DNA of 64,000 nucleotides, taken from contig CATNEN010000039.1 of the NCBI GenBank assembly GCA_950097015.1, positions 12,028,001 to 12,092,000 on the forward strand. Direction: 5' to 3'. The notes beneath the pieces were generated by a model. It had not been told where the DNA came from, did not search any database, and saw only the letters and a list, made by a program, of their open reading frames with translations. The translations under genes and the position numbers were made by a program. Source of the stretch: Macrostomum hystrix (lineage: Eukaryota > Animalia > Platyhelminthes). Below, piece after piece: positions 24,584 to 35,000 of the stretch (its first letter is position 1; the number at the start of each line of letters is the position of its first letter).

Positions 24584-25591
24584 ATGCCAGGAAGGCTGTG
24601 GTTATTCGTTCATGCCCTCTGCCTAGTAGGGATGGCTTCGGCTATCGAGTCAGGGAAGAGCTATTTCTGGCACTCAGCAGAAGTGCAATGCGTTCCAGAC
24701 AACTCGCCGATCGCATTTGAGAGGCGGGTAGCTGTCAGCAAAGCGCATTGTTCAATGGTAGCATCGACTTTCAATCGCTTTGGCATTCTTGTGGCACAGT
24801 ACAACCAGCAGTCGCGCGTGTGCAACGTCTTTTACTACCAATCGATCTGCCGCAGTCTGATTCCTGGAAATACTCCCAACTGCGCGGTGTACCTACGACT
24901 GTCAATCAATCGCGCACTACTCAGTCCCAAACTCAACATTGTGTGGCTCGCCGATGATGTAATCAGACTGGAGAACCTTGTCTGTCAGGCCGACGAGAGC
25001 ACGAACCGCCTGTACCCTCAGAGCGTTCAGTTCACCAGTGAGGGCGCTGTGTTCGATGGTAGCCAGTCGGTAGCCATAATGAACAAGTCCAGCCTCAGCT
25101 TCGCTACTGGTCTCACCTGGCTGATAAAGCTCAAGCGGAAGGTGCAGTGGCAGCCGTACATTGAGTTCACAACCTGCACCAACATGGCCACCACTCCGAC
25201 CGTTGACGGCATCCACATGCTCGAGTTTGGGGCTCCTCAACAACTGTACGTGAGAACCCACCGAATCACTGGGACTCTGCTGCCACTCATCTACTCCCCC
25301 TACAGATATATGTCTAACGATCCCAACGAATGGCTCACTCTCGGCTTCACTACCGATGGGTCCAGCAAGTACCAGTTCTTTGTTGGAAACTCGTTTGTAG
25401 ACACGAGCAACTACGTCCTAGTGAACTACGAAGGCTACTGCCCCGTGACCAACGGAAACATTTGCATGTACTTTGGCAAAAGAACCACAAACACTGAGAC
25501 TTTCATGTTCAGCGGCACGCTTCGAGCTGTGGCCATCGCGAGCCAGAGCATGACCGAGGCGGAGATTCGCGAGTTCTTCACCATGGTTTGA
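24584..25591 (+). CDS. Secreted PAN + LamG/ConA-like protein, copy 2
   Basis: Protein identical to 20369-21376 in the ORF track. Confidence 0.8.
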   Translation: MPGRLWLFVHALCLVGMASAIESGKSYFWHSAEVQCVPDNSPIAFERRVAVSKAHCSMVASTFNRFGILVAQYNQQSRVCNVFYYQSICRSLIPGNTPNCAVYLRLSINRALLSPKLNIVWLADDVIRLENLVCQADESTNRLYPQSVQFTSEGAVFDGSQSVAIMNKSSLSFATGLTWLIKLKRKVQWQPYIEFTTCTNMATTPTVDGIHMLEFGAPQQLYVRTHRITGTLLPLIYSPYRYMSNDPNEWLTLGFTTDGSSKYQFFVGNSFVDTSNYVLVNYEGYCPVTNGNICMYFGKRTTNTETFMFSGTLRAVAIASQSMTEAEIREFFTMV

Positions 25592-26309
25592 AGATTGTCA
25601 CGAGTGCGCCAAAATGCAGCCGAAATTTCACAAGAGATAAAAAGCAATCAAATTATTCCGACTAATACAAGAACTCGTTACTTCCCTTCTAAACCGATTC
25701 CGGCTGCAGTTTTCTTGTTAAATATTGAACAAGTGTCAAATACTTTTTTGTTTGTGTGTATTCTCGTACTGTTATTTACATTGTTCTCCGTGTTAACTCA
25801 CTGAATTTTTTGGCCTTCATTTTGCCGGCTTTTTATTGATACAGAACCATACAAACTTTGTGTTTTGCTCATTCTTTCCACAAAACCGTGTAATTTCTTG
25901 TCTCTTGCCTCAGTAACTCCAAGGAAAATTTATTTTATTTTAATTGTGATTTCGTTTCTTCGTTCACCTTCTCAAAACTAATGGGCGAAATTGCAAGATA
26001 CTGTGGCCTTCCTGCGTGGCGCGTGTGGTTAGGATTTGACTCGAACTCTGAGTCTGACGCGTTGCTTCTACTCGTATATTTATACATGGTGCCCGCTTTT
26101 GTGCTGGTCTGCTTTAGCCTATTTTATTCATCTTGCTCATCACTGCTCTTCTCGTTTATGTTGAATCTTGTTACGCCAAATATACACCTGTAATTTCTTT
26201 CTGCCAATCTATGAGTACATTTCACCATGTCTAATGGGTGTGTATGTTTGAGGAATTCAGCCAGGATGCAAAGTAGGACGACGAAAAAACGGCGTCTACA
26301 TCTACAGTA

Positions 26310-26560
26310 AAACGTGGATGCAGTTCTGCCCATCCCATTTCGCTGACTCATGAGCAAACACGCACGTAGATACCGTACAGAGGCACACGCTCACAAAGGT
26401 GTGTACTTTCTCATCGTCAGGCAGTGCACACTTCACTGTGCCTTGGAGGCTGGCCCTAAATGGCGCAAATTGCACGACAAGCCCCCAAGCCTTCTCTCCG
26501 CGGCTGCGCCCCAAATGAATGTGGCTTTGCCGCGGAATCGAGCTCAGGGACCTTGCGAGA
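26310..26560 (-). mobile_element. SINE family 2
   Basis: Reverse complement of the family 2 body. Confidence 0.75.
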
Positions 26561-26820
26561 GGCTGCAGCTGGTCAAACCTGACATCCGCGACATCCTGCT
26601 AAAGGCAGAGGATGCGGAGGCCTGCGTCCTGGAGAGCCTATGCTGTTTGTCTGCTCAGGGAAGAGGCAAATGGCCTCTATCTGCTCATCCAAGGCCCAGT
26701 GAAACTTCTAAGGGTTGGTGCGACGTGTGGGGACCCACCCCAACCCATAGGTGCAATCCTGTTCTGCGACTGCGCGCTATTTTCATTCCTGGCCCGACTA
26801 ACATCAATCCTGTAGCCTAT

Positions 26821-27362
26821 CAGGTGGGTGTGGGGTCAGGGTCACCAGGTGGGTGTGGGGTCAGGGTCACCAGGTGGGTGTGGGGTCAGGGTCACCAGGT
26901 GGGTGTGGGGTCAGGGTCACCAGGTGGGTGTGGGGTCAGGGTCACCAGGTGGGTGTTGGGTCAGGGTCACCAGGTGGGGTGTGGGGTCAGGGTCCCCAGG
27001 TGGGTGTGGGGTCAGGGTTACCAGGTGGGTGTGGGGTCAGGGTCACCAAGTGGGTGTGGGGTCAGGGTCACCAGGTGGGTGTGGGGTCAGGGTCACCAGG
27101 TGGGGTGTGGGGTCAGGGTCCCCAGGTGGGTGTGGGGTCAGGGTTACCAGGTGGGTGTGGGGTCAGGGTTACCAGGTGGGTGTGGGGTCAGGGTCACCAA
27201 GTGGGTGTGGGGTCAGGGTCACCAGGTGGGTGTGGGGTCAGGGTCACCAGGTGGGTGTTGGGTCAGGGTCACCAGGTGGGGTGTGGGGTCAGGGTCACCA
27301 GGTGGGTGTGGGGTCAGGGTCACCAGGTGGGTGTTGGGTCAGGGTCACCAGGTGGGTGTGGG
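26821..27362. repeat. 25-bp G-rich minisatellite (CAGGTGGGTGTGGGGTCAGGGTCAC), ~21 copies
   Basis: Direct inspection. Confidence 0.95.
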
Positions 27363-28216
27363 GAAAGAGTGACCAGGTGTGGTTTGAAAACAACGTAACA
27401 AAGAGATTAGATCATGTTATTATTCGCGAAGATAGCTTCTTATATTTATTACTGAATGCTTTGCAATTTAAATATATAATATAATTTTACGTATTCATAT
27501 TTAGCTGACAAAATCAACAGCTGAGCGTGATTGGTTAACTTAGTAAAAAACAGTAAAAAAACAAACAAATTACAAAGCAATTCACAATCAACTGGAAAAC
27601 TGTGCAGCCAATAACACAGAACCGAATTAATGACTTAATATTGATTATAAAAAAACTTGTCAGTTTGTCAAAATAGAAGCAATTTGAAGCGGTAATAATA
27701 ATCAACGCACAACAGCAAAGAGTGATTGAAAATGTACTTAAAGACGTCATTAAAAAACAGAAGCAACTGCTGGGTGCATAGTGACAGCAGAATGAAGGCG
27801 TGCACAAAGGACTTGTGGAACGTTGCTACCAGGCAAAATACTTAATATTAGGAGCACGATGCTCTTACAATACTACTGGAGATCTGGGGGATTCCGAGTT
27901 ATTGACTAGTGCGTAAGCGCATGCAATAAATATTCAACGAAATTTCAGTAAAAATTGCAATGGAACAGTTAGCTTTAATAAAACTTATGCTGATAAAAAT
28001 TTGATAATAAAAACATAAGATGCAGCAAAAACAAGTGCACTACTCATACTACTACTCGGATATAGATAGGCCAGTAGTAAATTACTGCAGGTATGCGTGC
28101 GTCGACAAAGGTTGAAGTTGAAAATAAAAATGGCCAGCTTGAGAGTTTCATTTTTTTGACGCTGATTGAAAACTTGCACAGTCGCGTAGATCGAAGCTTG
28201 CTCTCGTCATGTTTAA

Positions 28217-29010
28217 TAGTGGAAATACCACGGGGTATTTCAAATACCCACATTTCTATTTATTTCTGTACCTCCAAAAATATTCAACCAATCCGATGAA
28301 ACGACTTCCAGAATCACAAAACATCGGCATCGCCGAGATATTCAACGATTAACCATGTAACCATGTCGGCTACTGTCGTTGACAGGGGTCGGTGGCAGAG
28401 CGGTTATCGCGTTTGCCTCTCGCACCAAGGTCCCTAAGTTCGATTCCACGGCGAGAACACAATCATTTGGGGCGCAGCCGCGGAGAGAAGGCTTGGGGGC
28501 TTGTCGTGCAATTGACGCCCTTGAGGGCCAACCTCCAAGGCACAGTGAATTTGTACACTGCCTGACGATGAGAAAGTCAGGACAGATGTACACACCTGTG
28601 TGAGCGTGTGCCTGCGTACAGTATCTGTGTGTGTGTGTGCTCAGGAGTCAGCGAAATGGGCAGAATTGCCTCATCGCTGGCTGCGGGTCTGGTGTCACGA
28701 AATGATGTGCCATTGCCCGCAGCCCTCCACCAATTATTATTATTATTTATTATTTACTGTTTATGACTAAATTGTATTGATTTTTACACTTTTGAACCGA
28801 TATGGATTCGGCAAAACAGGTTTATACTGAGCTTATTATATCGACGATGCTGAGTCCGACGGCTTTGAAAGTTGGTTCATCGCAAAGGGCGGAAAATTTT
28901 GATTCAGATGGTGGACATTTACTAAAAAGCGGTCATTCGATTTGGGAGCTATCGTGAAATACGAGCTATGGCTGTGGCTATTTGAAATACCCCGTGGTAT
29001 TTACCCAGGG
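28217..29010. mobile_element. MITE A with nested SINE
   Basis: TIRs AAATACCACGGGGTATTTCAAATA / TATTTGAAATACCCCGTGGTATTT; body homologous to 5645-6228. Confidence 0.75.
28388..28730 (+). mobile_element. SINE family 2, near full length
   Basis: GTGGCAGAGCGG...GTTCGATTCC...GCCCGCAGCCC followed by (ATT)n. Confidence 0.85.
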
Positions 29011-29024
29011 GAAAATTAGGATGG

Positions 29025-32000
29025 TCAGGCCGCCTGCTGCTGCTGCTGCTGCTGACTGTCGAACAGGGTGCGCAAATTCTTGGCCGTTCCCTCGGCCGGC
29101 ATCTCTTCGGCGTCAATCGTAGCGGCATTCTCGCCGTCGGGGCAGTCGCGAGTCTGCTGCGGCAGGCGCACAATTCGATTGGCTGCCGCCTGGCGCTGCT
29201 GCCAGGATGTGTTTCGCAGCTCGCGCTGTCGCAGCTCGTCAGCCTCAGGGTTCGGCGGATTGGCTCCAGCCGAGGCACCCTCCTTGTCGCGCCAGAGCTG
29301 GAGAGCCGAGCGGGCGGCATTAGCCGGCGGCAGCTCGTTGTCTGGATCCGGGGCGCCGCTGCGCACAACGCCGTCGGGTAGCGGCATCGGCTGCGACTCA
29401 GACACAGTGGCGTCGCTCACCGGAGGCGAGTAGTCGAAGTCGGCGAGCTGCCTTGGCGGAGTCTTCGATACTGGCGGCTGGCGTGTTTTGTTAGTAACGG
29501 TGAAGTTGCGCATGCGAATACGAGCAGAAGCAGCCAAAGAAATGGATCAGCAATGTGTTTTACACCCAAAGCGAATTCGACATCCGAAATTGGTAGTTTA
29601 TAGGGCCATCGTTATTGTTAGAGGGTAATCTAATCATCCACGGCAGGGGTTGGCAAACTTTATTGCTTGCAGGCTAAAAAGAGAACCTAAAATACGATAG
29701 CGGGCCGCATTGACTGTAGAAATATGAGATAGGGGTGAGATGAGACAGTAGAGAGATTAGACAGGGGAGAGATGAGACAGTAGAGAGATTAGACAGGGGA
29801 GAGATGAGACAGAAGAGAGATTAGACAGGGGAGAGATGAGACAGTAGAGAGATTAGACAGGGGAGAGATGAGACTGGGGAGAGATGAGACTGGGGAGATA
29901 TTAGACAGGGGAGAGATGAGACACGGGAGAGATGAGACATGGGAGAGATGAGACACGGGAGTGATGAGACATGGGAGAGATGAGACATGGGAGAGATTAG
30001 ACAGGGGAGAGATGAGACACGGGAGAGATGAGACACGGGAGAGATTGAGACACGGGAGAGATGAGACACGGGAGAGATGAGACACGGGAGAGATGAGACA
30101 CGGGAGAGATGAGAAAGTGGAGAGATGAGACAGGGGAGATATTAGACTGGGGAGAGATGAGACAGGGGAGAGATTAGACAGGAGAGAGAAGAAACTGGGG
30201 AGAGATTAGACATGGGTTAGATGAGACACAGGAGAGATGAAGCGTAGGACAGATGAGACACATGAGAGAGACGAGACCGAGTAGAGATGATACTAAGGAA
30301 AGATGAAACAGGATACTGTAGGTGTCGAAAGGCCTAACGGGCAAGGGGCCGAAGTTCGCCAACCCCTGATCCTGATCCATGGGATATAATAGGTTATGTG
30401 GGGTCAATAGCTGGTCAACAACGCATGCAGCGAGTGCATGAATTCAGTAAAAATCTGGAACTAGGAGTACTAATGTAGATTGTGTTCGAGAATGAGACAA
30501 ATGAAAAATTAGCATGCAGAATGCAGTGTTGTCAAGACAAAACAAGCAAATACAAGTGACCGAACTGAAATAACCGGAGAGGACCTATAGTTCTTAAGCA
30601 CCCAGCACTGGTTCTCAAGCCCATCCCATTCCCGGCACGGCAAACAGTGGGGTTTGTGTGTGGGGGGAGTTTATCAATCATCAGAGCGACCGCTCCAGAC
30701 AAGATCGGCTGGTCGCTGTTGCGGCTCGTTCTCAAAGATGCCACTGTGCTCAGATAGTTCGGCCCAGATGTCAATCTGAGTTGTCGACGCGTTGTAGAGA
30801 GCAGATTTTTAGGAATAGGTTGAGAAGGGGAGAGGTGGGGGCGACTGTGTGTGAGACTGTGTGACCGAGATAAAAAACACGAAATTTGCAGGTAAAAAAT
30901 TCTCAAATATAATACGTAACTGAATTGCGTCAAGAAAATGCGAAAGTACGACAGTTTGCAGTGTCAGGTGAGGAATATAAAAAAAATGCTTAGAGTACAA
31001 TTATGAGTGCACTGTGACTTCTGTACGAAGTACAGTTTAGAGAAAAATACAATTTAACCATTAAAATATGAGAATTAATTCATAGATAGAAAAAACGGTC
31101 AGTCTAACTGACAACCTAACTGACACAGACTGAGAGACAAATTAAAAAGACTGGGCCGCGGGCAGTGGCACATCGTTTGGTGACACCAGACCCGCAGCCA
31201 GCGAGGAGGCAATTCTGCCCATTTCGCTGACTCCTGAGCACACACGCACACAGATACTGTACGCAGGCACACGCTCACACAGGTGTGAACATCGGCTCGA
31301 CTTTCTCATCATCAGGCAGTGTACAGTTTTACTGTGCCTTGGAGGTTGGCCCTCAAGAGCGTAAATTGCACGACAAGCCCCCAAGCCTTCTCTCCGCGGC
31401 TGCGCCCTTAATGAATGTGGCCTCGCCGCGGAATCGAGCTCAGGGACCTTGGCGCGGGAGGCAAATGCGTTAGACCGCTCTGCCACTCACACCCAAGACT
31501 AACTAGCAGACATGTTGAAAGTCAGACAGACAGGCAGACAGACAGGCAGACAGACAGGCAGGCAGACAGACAGGCAGACAGACAGACAGGCAGACAGAGC
31601 CGCGCTGATACCTGCTGTGCGCCAGCTGCAGAGTGGCTTCAGGCAGCCAGTCGCAGCTGCAGCGCCACAGCCAGCAGCAGAGCACACACAGCGACAGCAG
31701 CAGCAGCAGCAAAATTCACCATTCCGGGCCGACCGGCTTTGGCGGCCTCCTCCGCCTCGCGCTGCCGAAGCAGCAGCTGCCGCTTGGCCGCGCTGGCGGT
31801 GCCGCGGATGGTCGTAAGCTCGGAGTCGGCGCCGCCCTGCGACTGTACAACATCTGGCAGTAGCGGCTGCGGCTCGTTCTCGTAGACGCCGCCTTCGCCC
31901 ATCTCCAGTGCCACCGGCGCTTTGGGCTTCGGCGCTGAGCTGTTGCTGAGGCTTCGCTCGTATTGCTGACGGGCGGCCTTGGCGCCGATGAAGTCAGCGG

Positions 32001-35000
32001 AGCCGGACTGAGGATCGATGTCGAGCGGCTGCGTGCGGGGAAACAGGGTGAGAATGGCAGGTTGAGAGAGGGTGAGAATGGCGGGTTGAGAGAGGGTGAG
32101 AATGGCAGGTTGAAAGAGGGTGAGAATGGCAGGTTGAGACAGGGTGAGAATGGCAGGTTGAGACAGGGTGAGAATGGCAGGTTGAGAGAGGGTGAGAATG
32201 GCAGGTTGAGACAGGGTGAGAATGGCAGGTTGTAAGAGGGTGAGAATGGCAGGTTGAGAGAGGGTGAGAATGGCAGGTTGTAAGAGGGTGAGAATGGCAG
32301 GTTGAGACAGGGTGAGAATGGCAGGTTGTAAGAGGGTGAGAATGGCAGGTTGAGACAGGCAGAATTGGTGGGGCAGAGCTGTGTGCTGAAGCAGAGACTT
32401 TCTCACCCTGGGCCCAGCAGGCTGCTGCTGGCTACCCGCCTGTTGCCATGCTGTAACCGCCCTGTTGTAGGCTCCGGCCGGATCAAAGGCGGCCGCCTCG
32501 TCCTGGGCGCCCCAGCGGGCAACATCATCGCGCACCTCCGGGCAGTTCTCGTAGACTCCGCTGTCGTTGGCCAGTTCCAGCACAACCCGACGCTCGCCAG
32601 CCGCGGCAGCCTTCTGGGCCGCCTCGGACATGAACCGCTGCTTGGCCAGTGTGGCACACTTGCCTTCTGCGTACAGGCGGTAGTCCTCGGCAGCCGATGG
32701 ATCCGGGCGGACAACGTCGGGCAGCTGAACAGGATCGTTTTCGTAAACACCGCCTTCGCCTTCGTCAAGGCGTATCGGCTAAAAAATAGGTTAGGTTAGC
32801 ATTGTTTAAACTTCAGGCAACATTCGGCTTGAAATCTGCGGTGAGGTTTGGGGTGAAATTCGATGGGAGTTTTGGAGGGTGAGTGGCAGAGCGGTTAACG
32901 GTTAAGGCCACGCGCAGCCGCGGAGAGAAGGCTTGGGGGCTTGTCGTGCAATTTACGCCAACCTCCAAGGCACAGTGAGAGTGTACACTGCTTGACGATG
33001 AGAAAGTCAGGGCAGATGTACACACCAGTGTGAGGGTATGCCTGCGTACAGTATCTGTGCGCGTGTGTGCTCAAGGAGTAAGCGAAATGGGCAGAAATGG
33101 GCAGAACTCTACCCAGGGTAGGGTTCAGGGTGAGGTTTAGGGTAGGATTCAGGGTAGGGTTCAGGGTAGGGTTCAGGGTGAGGTTTAGGTGAGGTTCAGG
33201 GTAGGGTTCAGGGTAGGGTTGAGGGTGAGGTTCAGGGTAGGATTCAGGGTGAGGTTCAGGGTAGGATTCAGGGTAGGGTTCAGGGTAGGGTTCAGGGTGA
33301 GGTTCAGGGTAGGGTTCAGGGTGAGGTTCAGGGTAGTATTCAAGGTAGGGTTCAGGGTGAGGTTCAGGGTAGGGTTCAGGGTGAGGTTCAGGGTAGGATT
33401 CAGGGTGAGGTTCAGGGTAGGATTCAGGGTGAGGTTCAGGGTGAGGTTCAGGGTAGGGTTCAGGGTTGAGGTTCAGAGTAGGATTCAGGGTGAGGTTTAG
33501 GGTAGGATTCAGGGTAGGATTCAGGGTAGGTTTCAGGGTGAGGTTCAGGGTAGGGTTCAGGGTGAGGTTCAGGGTAGGATTCAAGGTAGGGTTCAGGGTA
33601 GGGTTCAGGGTGAGGTTCAGGGTAGGATTCAGGGTGAGGTTCAGGGTAGGGTTCAGGGCGAGGTTCAGTGTAGGATTCAGGGTGAGGTTCAGGGTAGGGT
33701 TCAGGGTAGGGTTCAGGGTGAGGTTCAGGGTAGGATTCAGGGTGAGGTTCAGGGTAGGGTTCAGGGCGAGGTTCAGTGTAGGATTCAGGGTGAGGTTCAG
33801 GGAAGGGTTCAGGGTGAGGTTCAGGGTAGGGTTCAGGGTTGACGTTCAGAGTAGTATTCAGGGTTAGGTTCAGGGTAGGATTCAGGGTAGGATTCAGGGT
33901 ATGGTTCAGGGTAGGGTTCAGGGTGAGGATTCAGTGTAGGGTTCAGGGTGAGGTGCAGGGTAGGATTCAAGGTAGGGTTCAGGGTAGGTTTCAGGGTGAG
34001 GTTCAGGGTAGGATTCAGGGTGAGGTTCAGGGTAGGGTTCAGGGTGAGGTTCAGGGTAGGATTCAGGGTAGGGTTCAGGGTGAGGTGCAGGGTAGGATTC
34101 AAGGTAGGGTTCAGGGTAGGTTTCAGGGTGAGGTTCAGGGTAGGATTCAGGGTGAGGTTCAGGGTAGGGTTCAGGGTGAGGTTCAGGGTAGGATTCAGGG
34201 TAGGGTTCAGGGTGAGATTCAGGGTAGGATTCAGGTACAATTAGGGATGAAGGGATGAGGATAAGGGTGACGAATGATATTCTCAAGCTTCTGTTCTGAG
34301 TTAAGTTACATTGCGCTTACCCGTCTCTCAACGACCTTCTGTTGCTGCGACTCTTGAAGAAATTTCTCCTTCAGCCTCTTTGTGTACTGCTGCTCGTGCT
34401 GTTCCTGAAGGCTGTTAGCTGGCTGGCCGCTGCGGACAACACCGTCGGGTAGCGGCGCCGGATCGTTCTCGTACACGGCTGTGGCAGACTGTGAGGCGAA
34501 GGTCTGTATCTCTTGCTGCAGCCGGGGAGAGAGGGAAATGGCGGGATGATTGATCAGCTGCTGAACGGATGGCGAGAGAATCGGGCTGGCGGCTGACTGA
34601 GGCGGCACGGCAGATGCAGGCGGGATTTGAGTCGAGCCAGGTGAGCAGGCGGCATGCGAGACGGCGTTGAACTGCGCGCTCATGAGCAGTTCATGAGCAG
34701 TTCATGAGCAGTTCACGAGCAGAGCATGAGCATGTATGCTCATGAGCTCAAGGCAGAAACACACAAAATGTACAGGCGAGCAAGTGTCACAACATGCTAA
34801 CGAGTTAGAGCTTATGGGATGCGACACAAATTTAAGTTGCGTTTAGTTCAATCAAAAAATTTAAAATATTTTTCAATACGTTAACAATTAAACTAAACTA
34901 AAAAACTACGAGTTGAAAAAAATGCCGAGAATGCAAATTTGTGAAAGAAAAAGAGAGGTGCACAGCAATGTCGCAGAAAAAAACGCAGACATAAGGCTTT

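Noticed and set aside
26350-27484. Gly/Val/Trp-rich ORFs
   Set aside because: SINE plus minisatellite read-through
32895-34286. (EPYP)n and (RVGF)n ORFs
   Set aside because: Satellite translation inside an intron
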